This document shows, one piece after another, positions 21,960 through 34,359 of a stretch of 64,000 nucleotides of DNA (the first letter of the stretch is position 1; each line of letters starts with the position of its first letter). The DNA comes from Antedon mediterranea. Lineage: Eukaryota; Animalia; Echinodermata. The DNA lies in NCBI RefSeq assembly GCF_964355755.1, contig NC_092678.1, positions 11,282,352 to 11,346,351 on the forward strand. Direction: 5' to 3'. The position numbers and the translations under genes were made by a program. Under the pieces are notes generated by a model that was not told the origin of the DNA, made no database searches, and saw nothing but the letters and a program-made list of their open reading frames with translations.

Positions 21960-24900
21960 TCACTTTATTCCAAATCACAATTTTTTTACTTATTGTTAAT
22001 TGTTATAACAATTTTAAAACAAATGCAATAATATGAAAAGGAATAGGGCAACCACGAACAAGCAAAATCTTTACAACTGTGGCACCCTTTAAAAATATAA
22101 ATCAAATTATTTTAATAGTATGCATGAAAGAATCGAAATTTACTAAAAACATTTTTTTTATAGTACTGCAAGATAATAAATATGAAACTATACTAACTTA
22201 TATATATATATAATTAATAGCATTGTAAATAATAACAATAATACATAATGATGATTACTTTTTTTCTCTGCAAATAAGACAGTTTTCTTCTTGACACAAG
22301 TACTTTATAAAATGATAACGTTCAATATAAATACAATCTAACTTCTTCTTAAATAATGATATATTTCTACATGGTTTTAGATCATCCGATAGATTGTTCC
22401 ACACCTTAGACCCAGTATACGAGAAGCCTTGACGGCCAACATTTGTATGCTTCAGATCTATTACAAGATTATTTTTATTGCGCGTGTTATAATCATGATA
22501 CGAGTCGAAGGTGTGGAAAAATCCATCGAATGACTGGTAATTTTCCATTTTTGTAGAGGAACATTAAATTTGCTACATTTTTTTCATATAGATCGAATAT
22601 GTTTAAGGTATTAGTTTTAATGAACAATGGAGAAGATGGATGTAGGTAGTGGACTTTACATATTATTCGGAGGGCCTTTTTTTGTAAAAGGTGAATTCTA
22701 TTTAAATTATTTATGCTACCAGTACCCCACACAGTAATGCCATATGTAATGATGGGAAGGATAAGGGATTTATAAATAATGAGCAATATTTCATATGGTA
22801 GTATGGTTTTTAAGAGATTCATAGCTCCAATAATGGCAGAAATTTTACTAGTGATTACATTATGCTGTAAGAAATTTTTTTTTTCATCAAGTATGACTCC
22901 TAAAAATGTTGTTTGATAAACTCTTTCAATAACGTCTTGATAAATAACAATGTTTACATGAGATTATCAATAGTACTATTTCTACCACTAAAAACCATAA
23001 ATTTGGTCTTTTTAGTATTTATGGTAAGTTTGCCTTAATCCACAAATTTAATTTTTTTAATTCATTATTCATAATATCAATAGCTTCGTTTACATTGTTG
23101 TGTTGTAAGAAAACACTTGTGTCATCGGCAAACATTATTAGTTGTGTACTGGTACACACTGATGGCATATCATTTACAAACATTAGGAATAATAACGGAC
23201 CCAAGATTGATCCTTGAGGGACACCGTATTTTATCAACTTTTTGTCGGAATTTATTCCGTCAATAGTTACGAATTGTTCTAATTCGCTTAGATAACTGCA
23301 GAACCATTTACGGTATGTACAATACCTCTGATCCCAAAATAGGGTAATTTTTTAGTAAGTATGTTGTGGTCTATCGAATCAAAGGCCTTAGATAGGTCGA
23401 GAAAGACGCTATAAACAAACTGCTTATTGTCAATTGCCATTGATATTTTCTCAATTTTCTGCAAGAGGGCGTGGTTTGTCGAGTGCCCTTTTCTAAAACC
23501 GTATTGTCTGTCGTTAAGGATTTTGAACTTATTTAGGAATGATAATGTTTGTTCATGAACAATTCGTTCATACATCTTTGACATACAAGATAGTATGGAT
23601 ATAGGCCTATAATTTCGTATATCGTCTCTAACGCCACTCTTATATACCGGTATAGTTTTTGCCAATTTAAGTTTATTTGGAAAGACTCCTGTGCTGAGTG
23701 ATAGATTGACTAAATACGAAACAGGTTTAGTTAATATATCAGCATTTTTATTTATGTATTTTGCCCGGATATCATCATGGCCTGGAGACTTGCTTGTGTT
23801 CAGGTCCAATAGGTTTTGACGTCATACTCTGTTAACGGAGTAAAGAACATGGAGTTTTGTATGCTATGATTATTCGTAGTCTATTGGATTTACATGTGGG
23901 TAATTTTCATTTGCCTTTTCTGCCATTTCTTCACCAATACTATTAAAATAAGAATTCATGACTTCCGCTTTATCAGTGGGAGTTTCAAATGTTTCAGAAC
24001 AATATGTTACTTTTGCTAGGATTTTCGATTTTTTATTTCTTCCCAGAATAGCATTTATAGCACTCCATGTTTTTTTCATGTCATTTTTTCGTTTTTCGAA
24101 GTCCTCTTTATAATAACTTATTTTTCTTTGTCTAAATGATTGTTGTTAGTTTGTTTTTGTATTTTTTATATTTTGATTTATTAACACTCGAAGGATTCTT
24201 TTTATATTTGATCCCGGGGGGGTCACTTGTATATAAACCAAACGGTGGGGGGGGGGGGGGGAGTGCAGCAACCACTTCAAGACATGAGGCACTTGCGCTA
24301 CCTGTTTTACTGAAAAATACTACGGACTTGAACTACCATTTACCAAATAAAAATCCAGTGTTCTCTAAAAAGACGGCAGAAACAAGGCCACGCCAGGGAG
24401 GGCGCAATATTTGTACTGGTTCCCGGCATGATCTGCGCATGGCCAAAGAGACCGTTCATGGCAAAATCACGTGCACGAACGTGTTTTGAAAAGTTTATCG
24501 CTCGTCGTCCGCGGTGGTGCATCCGCCGTGAACGACGATGATCAAGAGTCAAGAAGAGTGGTCACAGTTGAATGATTTTGTCCTAGGCTATGTTTCGTGT
24601 TCTTCTGCTGATGCGAAAACTCTAGGCCTATTCAAAGGTATTTAGCGATGGGCTTATATAGCCGGGCTTATAGCATCCATTATGCTAAAATACCTGCAAA
24701 ATTTGGCGATAAATTGTGACATTTTGACACGGGTGGGCGAGCCAGGGACTTAAACTACTAATTTCACCCTGTCATTTCCCACACTTGTGCTACCAACTCT
24801 CCATAATTTCCCACACTTGTGCTACCAGGCCCTCGAAAATATACCCCGTAAATGCGGCACCTCCCGGTATGGAAATATTTAAGAGTAACGACATTTGATA

Positions 24901-25630
24901 TATAATTTCTCTTTAGTATTTAGAGACCGTTCTATACCATCAGTCATCCAGGGTGACCTTATTCTATTTTTTAACGGGAAACATCTATCAATTAGTGTTG
25001 TAATTGTATTTGAGAATCGATTATATGATACACTTGCATCAGAGCAATTTAAGACATTATCCCACTGTTGATTTTGTAACTCATTTCGAAATAATTGATT
25101 TTGTTCAGTCGAAAAGTTACGCTTAAAAACATATGTGCTTGTTTTACTTTCCGTATATTTTTGTGATTTATCAATGCTTATTACTGGACAATGATCAGAT
25201 ATATCACTAAACAAAATATTAGTTTCAATGTCATGAGTGTTTGGAGAGTTTGTATAAATGTTGTCTATTATTGTTGACGTTTCCTCAGTAATGCGCGTCG
25301 GTTTATTTACTAGGGGTATAAATGATTCTGAGATCATAGAGTCGACATGTTCTTGGACATTACCTACAGAGTTGTACATATTTAGGTCAACATTGAAGTC
25401 GCCCATGAGATAAGTTTGTTTCTTTTCGTTTGTTCATGAGTCACTCATTTGAGCGTTAAAGTTAGAAACATCGGATTTTGGTGGTCTATAAATAACTCCA
25501 CAAATAACTGTCTTATTGTCTGTATCAAGTTCAATAATAATACTCTCAGCGGCATGCAGAAGCTGTGATAGGTCACTTCTTAATCGATAAGACAAATTTG
25601 ACTTTATATATAAAGCAATGCTACCTGCCT
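21960..25630 (-). mobile_element. Decayed CR1/L2-group LINE (APE endonuclease + reverse transcriptase ORF2 and 3' UTR)
   Basis: [83 protein letters not shown]; frameshifted. Confidence 0.95.
24213..24892. mobile_element. Non-autonomous DNA element (CCCGGGGGG-start) inserted in the LINE, right end damaged
   Basis: The LINE frame KEKLYIK/YKKNPSS rejoins across it; ATTTGAT is duplicated at 24206-24212 and 24893-24899. Confidence 0.7.
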
Positions 25631-25639
25631 GTGTGTTCC

Positions 25640-25870
25640 TATTGTTATGTATAGTTATTTAATTGATTCAGACCAGTAAAGTGTTCAGCCGGTAAAAAGG
25701 CTGGTAAAGCTTTTAAATCTAAGAGCGGTAGTTGACAGCATATAGAGGCAAAATAATCATTCATTTTTATCGCTGATTCAGTATAAGATCCACCTGGAAA
25801 CTTTATGTTTGGTTTATTTTTAAAGTTGTACAGGTTACGTACGCTTTTGTACCTATTTTTAATCAATATA
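25640..25870 (-). mobile_element. Short fragment of a different LINE ORF2 (linker before RT)
   Basis: AIKMNDYFASICCQLPLLDLKALPAFLPA resembles the N.FFAS linker of non-LTR ORF2. Confidence 0.5.
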
Positions 25871-25889
25871 GCTCCTCAGGATGGTTAAC

Positions 25890-26870
25890 CCATATTTTAA
25901 AATGTATTATGAAGGGGATGAGAAGATACGAATTCATGTAAAATTTGTACCTACCGGATGTTCTGACGTCACCATATGGCCACTCTAATTTTTAAAATAG
26001 ATTTGTTTTCTTTTTCATACTAGTTAATCCAATTTAATAGAGCGCAATTGCGTTCCTCAATTTCTCCTAGACTTTGATATGTTATTCCTCACTCAAACCT
26101 CTTTTATGAGTTACAAGTTTTGTTTTTTATTACATCATCATATAAAAATATTAGAATAACGTGAGTTACTTAATTTCATCTATACAGATGTTAATCTGTT
26201 ATAGCTCATCGAAATGAAAAGTGACCCATGTGATTAAAACTTATTATGGAAGTTGTTGAATTGTATGAATTCATACAAATTTTGTCTATCTGATATCATA
26301 TATCCAGTTGAATTCAAAAAGTCATATTTTCGTCTTTTTCATATGTTCATCACATATAAGTGAGCGCATTTCACTTTTACGTGCCCAAAATTCTTCAAAT
26401 TTTGAAATCTTTATAATATGTCAATTTGATGACGTCATCGTGTTAAAAATTGGATTAAAAGATGGGTCTTGTAATTTCATCTATGCTACACTCTACATAA
26501 CATGTACAGTGTATTTTGTAAATACTGTAATATGCTGTATGATACAAATGATACTTTAAACATATTTAATTCATTTCGTAGGATGTCATAACAAGTTCAG
26601 GTTAATTGTCCGCATTTCCGCGGATAACCTAATAATTGACCTGTAGCTTTAGATGTGCAAAATGTTTTTATATGATGTCAGAGTTGCGCAGTGTAAGTTA
26701 CACGCGATTTTATGAAATTTTATGGTTGATCATAAATTCTGAGGTAAAAAATATTTTATCAAAGTATGAAGCAACTTTTGACATAATGAAAATTACATGA
26801 GTATTGAAATTGATTGTTGTTTTCACCTGTAGTAGATTTCTTTCATTTTGATGAACTTTAATTTAATTTT
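25890..26870. mobile_element. Diverged HINE-family fragments
   Basis: Reverse-complement similarity to 21330-21950 (e.g. GGGTCTTGTAATTTCATCTATGCTACAC); TTGTCCGCATTTCCGCGGATAA hairpin at ~26606-26628. Confidence 0.6.
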
Positions 26871-27244
26871 GATGAATATAATTTTGTACTCTCTGGTCGG
26901 CACTGCTCCTATGAGGGGAAGCCCTGTTGTCATTACTGTGCGGTTGCTTGCACAACTAATGCGCTGAGCTCACCACCAGGGGAAGCCCCGTAATTACTCC
27001 TCTTTGGACGCACTACTAACACAGCAGCTGAAACATGATAACCTTGCCGTAGGCACTTTGGTTTTTACGATATTGTTTGCCTTAATCAGTCAAGTTTAAT
27101 TTTTAACAAAATTTCTGATTTCCTAGGTAGATTTTGAATTCAATTTCAATTGTACGCTGTTGAAGTAATTTCTGGGTTCACAATGAGTTCATGGGTTCAC
27201 CTTGCAACTTCCTGGTTTCAACTAAGTTGGCCGTTAGTGGCTAT

Positions 27245-27403
27245 AGCCGATTTTCCACTAGGCGAATTTGATCGCGCGAATCAAAAGCGTCAGCTTATAC
27301 GCATGCGTAGAGAGGGATTTTGAAGATGGAAACATGAATACGCATGCGTATAAGCTGACGCTTTCGATTCGCGCGAACAAATTCGCCTAGTGGAAAATCG
27401 GCT
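27245..27403. mobile_element. Young palindromic PIF/Harbinger-type MITE
   Basis: ~65-bp near-perfect TIRs AGCCGATTTTCCACTAGGCGAATTTG...; 3-bp TSD TAT. Confidence 0.9.
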
Positions 27404-28552
27404 TATAGCCATTTTAGTTTTTTGTTTATTTTCAGATAAAATTGCGCGTGTGAATTGGTACAGTAGTTAAAAAATAAAAATTATACTGCAAATTAATAAA
27501 GATCAAATTAAATATATGCCATAAAACATCAGAGTATATTGTGGGGAATAGTAAAAATTACATAGGGAGATCTGATAAGACCTTTTGTTTAAAATCGAGT
27601 GAAATCCCAATAGCCGAGATTTATAGGATAAGCTGGCAGGAATAACTGAGGGCTATCTGTGTTCCGTTAGGACTGGGATACGTCTGCCCATGTTGCAAGC
27701 CGTCTAAAATGTCTTCCTTCTTGGGCCGAAATGGCCCACTCTGTCACGGAAGTTAGTTTCAAAGGATGTTTAAATTAAATAATGTATTAATTATTAGGAT
27801 GGTATTTATTTGAATAAACACCCAACACCTCCCCAATAAAACATTACCCCCAACCCAACTATCTAATAAACGCCATTTATACACACAATATTGTATTAGG
27901 CCTGTATCTATAATAACACATACTATTTGTAGTAGAATTCAACGCACTGTTATCTACAATTAAGCATTTGGTATTCTTTTTTACCACTTTTTATATCTAT
28001 TAGAGGATTATATTTGATTAAAAATGTTACCATATTATTAAAACTAAAAAATTAAATCCCTCGAATAAGCACCTCCCTCAAATGAACTCCGCCTCCCCAC
28101 CTCCACCCTATGGCCCCTGTCAATTAATAAACACTATACCTTAAAAAGTTATTAATCATAAAGACACTGTGTGTGAAACAGAGTAGGTTTAGTTTTACGA
28201 ATTTCAAGCATTTTGTTAATGTTAACCAACAGAAAACGTACAAGGAGAACATCCTAAAACCTTTTTACTCGAGTCATTATCATTCCGAGAACCTGAAGGC
28301 TACTTCTGTGTCTTATTTGATGCAACAAATTACGTAAAACAATTTATTAATAAACATTGCTGTTTGAAAATTCTTGACTAATACAGTAGCCCTAATTATT
28401 ATTTTATTTATACATTTATAAAATTATTCTAAAACTACTATAAGCAAGTATGAGCTGGTATCCACTTTAAGGCATTATAGAAGATTCGTAATTGTGGTTA
28501 AAAAATACATAATGTGCTCTGTTGGAAGAATTTCATCTGGTTGTGAAATAGG

Positions 28553-29334
28553 TATTAAATAAAATTTCTTTTGAACAACCAAAAAATAATATAATAATAA
28601 TATAAGGTTTCATTTTCAACTGGCGTTTCATCGTCTAGCGTTGTTAATCCCATGACGACGATGAATTGGTATAGCGCCACCAATGGTTCAAACGGACGAT
28701 AAAAAGAGTTTTCAACCAACATCAAATTGACACCTTTTTCATCCCATCCAATAAGATCAGGCAAAACCTTGTTCATCCGAAGGACCGCATCAAAAAAGAT
28801 CAAGTATGCGGTTGCATCTACAAACTACAATGTCTGAACTGTCCACAAGCTTACATAGGGGAAACAAGGGAGGGCTTTAAAAACACGCATAAAAGAACAT
28901 CGCACAGACACAGAAAACAACACGGGAGGGATTTTAACCAGGGCTCAAAGATCGTCCACATCATCAATCATACATAAATCTGCAATAACAGATCATGCAC
29001 TACAACACAATCACCTCATTGATTGGAGTGCTGCTATCCTTGAGAAAGTATGCAACACTCAAAAAAGGCAAATAAAAGAGTAGATCAACATCAGAAAGCA
29101 TGGAAATATCATGAACAGAGATGAAGGAGCCCACGAATTGTCACATATATATGATCTACTATTAAAGAAGAAGGAGGCAACACGTCCGTTTGGACTTATT
29201 GGTGGCGCTATACCAACTCATCGTCGTCATGGGATTAACAATAACAACGCTAGACGATGAAAGCCAGTTGAGAATAAAACCTGATAGGTTCGCTTATATT
29301 ATTTTTGGGTTGTTCAAAAGAAATTTTATTTAAT
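28553..29334 (+). mobile_element. 5'-truncated Penelope-like retroelement with GIY-YIG endonuclease remnant and inverted pLTR
   Basis: 28699-29230: LVHPKDRI...CGCIYKLQCLNCPQAYIGET/GRALKTRIKEH...SAITDHALQHNHLIDW...MNRDEGAHELSHIYD; 28553-28698 is the reverse complement of 29183-29335; possible TSD AATAGG. Confidence 0.92.
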
Positions 29335-29367
29335 AATAGGCTCTGGTAACTAATTTTAAAATCATTA

Positions 29368-30814
29368 CAGTGGCGCCAGGATCTTTCCGACGCGGGGGAT
29401 AAATTCCCCCGTGGGGCTTTTCTATGCGAGCATCACTAGCCCCTTGGAAGCAACACGTTATATCGTAATTTGAGGCTGTTTTAATCAGATTTAAGATAGC
29501 CAACTTTTTCAATTTTTTATGGTACATAAATAAAATACTTTGTGAAAAACACATTGCACGAGGTCTGATGCGATGTGTAAATCCATTATTGTAATTTGAA
29601 AAATGGTATAATAATAATAAAAAATATATATAATATATGCCTATCATAGAAAATATACGCAAACGTAAAACCACGGGCCAAGAGTTATATTGTTATTCAC
29701 AGAGGCTTTAGACTTGTTGCTGTCTGGGGGTGTAAACTTTGTAAATGCGCGAGACTAAACACCCATGGGCTGATCTGTAAGAAAAATTTTAAAAAGAGAG
29801 ATGCTACAGTAGGTCCCCGAAAAATTCAATTACACATTGATGAAAGGAAATTAGTTAGAACCAAACTAGCTATAGGAACAATTAGAAAAATAGAGTTGTT
29901 TAGGTCCCTGGAAATTGGATTAGGCCTATAGTATTTCGAAGAAAGAAACAAAATATAAGTCTCCAGGACCAGCCCTACCATTAGGGTGGAGCTGCTACGA
30001 AAATTGTAAAAAATAGAACTGCTGGGGCTGGTCCCTGGAAATTGCACTCATATAGGCCTCTATTGATTAATGAAACAAAATTATAAGTCTACAGGACCAG
30101 CCCGCCATGGATGGTTTTGTGGAGGTAAGAAAATTTTGAAAATTACAGCTGCAGGTCTATTACAAAAAAATATCAGGTCTAGAGGCCTAAAAAAGTAGCT
30201 TTTGCCTTTTATTTGGAGGGGAATGCGTCCGCAAGCGTAGACCATTTTCCATTGAGGAAATCAGTTTATTTCCCAGATGTATATGCGTACGATCTGGACT
30301 TCCGGTGTACATGACATATAGGACATTGAAAAGTAATAAATTAGCTGTAATAAGATGTTGGCTAAATGAAAATGGCATGTTTTTTGTTTAGTAATGTAGA
30401 CCTACAGTAGGCGAGCTTACAGTGAAACGTCTATTCGTACCCTTTTCTGTATAGCGACGTCGATACACACTACACAATGTAACGCATCAATAAACTAAAT
30501 AAAAGTTACTACAGGTACAGTGGAACATTATATCACGCGTGAAACCGCAATGTGCCGGCCCAATGGTAAACGATTCGTATAAAGGAACACTGCCAGACAA
30601 GTGCGTACATAATTGTTTATTAGGTCGCTGGTAATATTACATGTATAAAGTGTAATAGCCCTCCGACGTACTAAAAAAATGACACGGTTTTCTAGGTGCT
30701 GAAGCTATGAAGTGATTGTGAATGATTTTAACTGTATATTATATTCCCCGACAGAAAATACTCGCGTTCCCCGACGGGGGTCTAGGCTCCCCAACAAGGG
30801 AGGCGACACCACTG
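29368..30814. mobile_element. hAT-like non-autonomous element just upstream of RBSN
   Basis: CAGTGGCGCC... and ...GACACCACTG ends; the left end matches the reverse complement of 44560-44777; no matching TSD, so the boundaries are uncertain. Confidence 0.5.
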
Positions 30815-30879
30815 GGTAGGGGTAACCACTCACCAAGTACGGTGCATGAGGCACAGGCTAAGGTTGGTTAAATGACATC

Positions 30880-30955
30880 TAGATGGTCGGAAGTGGTACT
30901 CGCACATAAAATTCATAAATGGAACCTATAGTTGGCCGGAAATGATACTCCCATA
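30880..30955 (+). promoter_or_regulatory. RBSN: Putative RBSN core promoter / non-coding first exon
   Basis: ETS-like CGGAAGT (30888) and CCGGAAAT (30936); consensus donor GTGAGT at 30956 pairs with the acceptor TTTTCCTTTTTCCAG ending at 31041. Confidence 0.4.
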
Positions 30956-31086
30956 GTGAGTTAACAATCTTTTCCATAAAATCAGACATTTTAGTCCAAC
31001 CGGGTGTTGGGAGAGTTGACTGTATGTTTTCCTTTTTCCAGGATAACAAAATCTAAAGTACCAACAAAAAATCTGTTAGAACCAAA

Positions 31087-31231
31087 ATGGAGGAAGAAAC
31101 TGTAATACTTGAAGGGTTTATCTGTCCTATGTGTAAGAGAAATTTGAATTCTGTCTATCAGTTACAAGCACACTTTGAAGATGTTCATAGAGCAGAAGAA
31201 AAAATTGGGGTACAGCTAAAAGAATTCATAG
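31087..31231 (+). CDS. RBSN: Rabenosyn-5 coding exon 1 (C2H2 zinc finger, Rab5-binding type)
   Basis: MEEETVILEGFICPMCKRNLNSVYQLQAHFEDVHRAEEKIGVQLKEFI; matches the EGFLCPLC...YQLHSHYEEEH pattern of rabenosyn-5; donor G|GTAAAC, phase 1; exon begins at 31042. Confidence 0.93.
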
Positions 31232-31432
31232 GTAAACATTTCAATTAAATTAGTGATCATGTACTGAATCTACACAAACTTATTTTATTTTTAAAATTTC
31301 CCTGGCATTACATGGTTCTATTTTTATTCCACCTGTTCACATTTTGTTAGTGTAGGATAGTAATGTCTAAAAATGCTGCTTCTTTCTTTCTGTCTGTCAA
31401 ATTAATTAATCAAAAGTATTCTTGGTTAATAG

Positions 31433-31573
31433 GAAAAGCTAAAAGAAAAATCTTAAAGAAGAGAGAAGATATTAATTATGAAGAAGGGTACACCCCATCA
31501 CAGTCACATCAATCAAACTCAGAAAGTTTTGAAAGTGGTGGGACAGATCCATTTACATGGAGTTCTGAACTTG
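31433..31573 (+). CDS. RBSN: Rabenosyn-5 coding exon 2
   Basis: (G)KAKRKILKKREDINYEEGYTPSQSHQSNSESFESGGTDPFTWSSEL; like vertebrate KAK..LLKR...GGVDPYMWEPQELG; AG/GT boundaries, phase 1-1. Confidence 0.92.
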
Positions 31574-31941
31574 GTAGGCCTTTTTATTATTTTGTATGGC
31601 GTTGGATATTAATGATTCATCAATTTATTTTGTGTCCTTTCTGACACAAAATCATACAAACATTAACTTTCACTCTAGTTATAGATCAACTTATATGCAC
31701 ATTAAGGTCCAGAGAATTTTGACAGACAGAAATTGGTTTAGGCCGGTCAACATCATTTTTTTGGCTTGGTTACATTTTAGAAATGTTGCGAAGGGTACAG
31801 TATATAAACAAACACAAACAGCTTGTTAAATCTCCGACAACCACTGGTTATAGCAAGATAATTTTTGTCTCAAATTGTTCATCTAATGAGACATTTTAGT
31901 GAAAAATGACAGAAATTGGTTTCCTGTAAATGTAATAACAA

Positions 31942-33300
31942 ACTAGATTTAATTTGTCACTATGACGAATTATAGGTTATGTATTGATTTAAAGATATAT
32001 TGATTGATTGATTTTCTCAGAATCTTTATTTATTTTAATATGATAAGATCTTGCTAATAGGAATACAATAGCCAGTATAACAATCCGATCAAAGATCCCT
32101 CTGCGTATAATGTCATAAACCACATTGTTACATAAGTAATAAAGACATTACTTACTTTTTATAGATTTCATTATAAATTATGTGTATATAAATCTATACA
32201 CTAAAAAATATATTTGAACAAACAATACGGATAACAAAAATTTGTTTCCGAAGGTGAGACTCGACTCGGTACCTTGAGTGCTATAGACACGAGCACATAC
32301 CACCAAGCCATACACAACTGACTAAAAAAAGTTGTAGAAAGATTCCTCCGTGTATTTACTATGCAGTAAACACTTTGGTGCATACCGCAATGAATTATAA
32401 TTTTTTAATATGATGACATCTTTTAAAAATGTTAAAAAATGATGCACTGTCAAACTATATACTTTTAACTTTAATATAATATGAACTTTTGAAGTATGAA
32501 AGTTAATGTTAAGTTTGTTATTTTGGTCTAAGAAAATGTCATAATTTGTTTTTTTTAAATTTAATATGCAATTAATTATGACTTAATCAAGTTTTGTTCT
32601 CTTAATTTCATAATAAATCATACATATGATACGTACACTTCAATTTTATGAAATAAAAAATAGGTGTTCCCGAGCATTGTGACGATCTATATTAATTTTA
32701 AAATTTAGCATATTTTCACCATTTTTTTAACTTACATGTGCGTAGCCTGTAACTTTTGACGTGCTCGTATAACGCAATTTAGCGTTGAAAAGTGAATAAA
32801 AGTATGATGATATTATTAAAGAAAGGTTGTACAACAGAAATCGGACAAAAATATTGCGCATTAATGTTTATCGCGCAGTGCGCATGCAAAAATCTTCGCA
32901 CCCATAGCAATTTTTGAAACGCTTAAAATTCCCTGAAACGTACTTTTTTCATCGAAAATAAATTTTGACAATTTTGAAACTTTTAAGCGCGTGTATGCAT
33001 TGCAAGCGTTATGCACTACGCACGTAATTGTATTGTATATGATGAAATATGACCTGACATTTATGAGTACCGAAGTTTTGTTTAATTGTGATTCATGCTT
33101 GTGAAGATATGATTACAAACGTGATTTCGTTAAATCGTGTGTAATTTTTGATTGCCCACCATGAAAACATAACCACATCGATTCCTGGCCATAAGAAATA
33201 TACTCTGAAAAATTGACTCGGCTAGATGAAACTGATATCAAGATAATTGACGAATTAGTGCTAAGGAAAGAATAAATAAATAATTTAAAGATCCTGACAG
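31942..33300 (-). mobile_element. Diverged HINE-type element in RBSN intron
   Basis: ACTAGATTTAATTTGTCACTATGACGAATT stem-loop terminus with the same architecture as 37647; body loosely similar to other copies. Confidence 0.55.
32245..32320 (-). other. Degenerate tRNA-like (Pol III A/B box) segment inside the repeat
   Basis: Minus strand TGGCTTGGTGG (A box-like) ... GAGTCGAGTCTCACC (B box-like) at tRNA spacing; not a functional tRNA. Confidence 0.4.
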
Positions 33301-33329
33301 AATCAAGATATACAGATATTGACTGCTTA

Positions 33330-34060
33330 GAGGTTAAATATAAGATTTGACATCCCCGAAGGAATGATATTATGTTCGAGGGAATATATATTTCCCGAAG
33401 CGATATAAAAGGCGATATCTGTTATATTACATAGCCAACAACAAGTAGAATATCTGCTGGGTCGGGTAGCTAGGCTAGGCCTAGGCCTCCTTTTTTTATT
33501 GTATTTCGAAGAATAATATACAGATAATTACTAATTAATGGCAATAAAATATTCACGATAGCCTAGGTCGTTTAAATGATAACAGAAGAATTTCTATCAA
33601 TAAGCCTACATTAATAATAATAATATTATTATCAGATAGGCCGAATAAATAATGAGGGCGCTATTTATGCATAGTTTAAATAGTTTAGTTGAGTAATTTC
33701 TTCAAGCATGTTCCGTGGCATGAAGCGTTGTCTTGTGATGGAGTGACAATTGCATCGCAAGTTCAAGACCCAGTAGATGACTTTTGTTTATTTATCAGCA
33801 AACGCGAGTGTTGCACACGAAAATTACACAGTCAATATCATCGTACTCGATAATTTATATGATTAATGACAGGGACACGATAATTACGCGAAAATTACAC
33901 AGTCAATATCATCGTTCTCGAGGATATATACGATTTACGATCCTCGCAGCGGTAGTCATGTGATGCAGTTTCAACCAATCACGTTTGCGTATTTACATAG
34001 CTATGTAAATACGCAAACGTGATTGGTTGTAATGTAATGTAATGTGTATGTAATATAACC
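33330..34060. mobile_element. Crypton-like non-autonomous element(s)
   Basis: TATTACATAGC (33425) ... CCAATCAC...TATGTAATA end architecture recalled from non-autonomous Cryptons; no ORF. Confidence 0.35.
33972..34029. repeat. Perfect 58-bp loopless palindrome
   Basis: CAACCAATCACGTTTGCGTATTTACATAG|CTATGTAAATACGCAAACGTGATTGGTTG. Confidence 0.95.
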
Positions 34061-34212
34061 TAATAAACCAGACTAAAGGAGGGGTGTCCTACTATTACTA
34101 AATTTACTTCACCTACGGCAATTAACATTACCTACATTATTACTGAATCATGCCTTTTAACGTTGCAACTAACAATTGTAAAGATTAGTAAATTTATACA
34201 TTTTTTTATAAG

Positions 34213-34359
34213 GTGCCACTCAAAGCCACATTCAACTTTTTAAGTCCATCAGAGGCTCAATAATTAATCACATCGTTGTTGAAACAAATAAGCTGGTGAT
34301 TCGCCTTGAGAAACTGGTATGTTTTTACAACACACATCCTGAGAAATCTAAAAAAAAAG
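34213..34359 (+). CDS. RBSN: Rabenosyn-5 coding exon 3
   Basis: (G)ATQSHIQLFKSIRGSIINHIVVETNKLVIRLEKLVCFYNTHPEKSKKK; conserved VVE.NKL.IRLEKL; donor AG|GTAAGA, phase 1. Confidence 0.93.

Noticed and set aside
26895-26945. SECIS-like or HDV-ribozyme-like fold
   Set aside because: Stem pairing is poor, there is no apical AA or nested pseudoknot, and no linked selenoprotein ORF
31363-31644. ORF-track 93-aa ORF as a standalone gene
   Set aside because: Only 31433-31573 is coding (RBSN exon 2); the rest is intron read-through
32245-32320. Functional tRNA gene
   Set aside because: B box and cloverleaf stems are degenerate; it lies inside a repeat
34317-34322. Alternative donor CTG|GTATGT in RBSN exon 3
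   Set aside because: Phase 0 is incompatible with the phase-1 acceptor at 58052; the downstream AG|GTAAGA donor keeps the frame and homology
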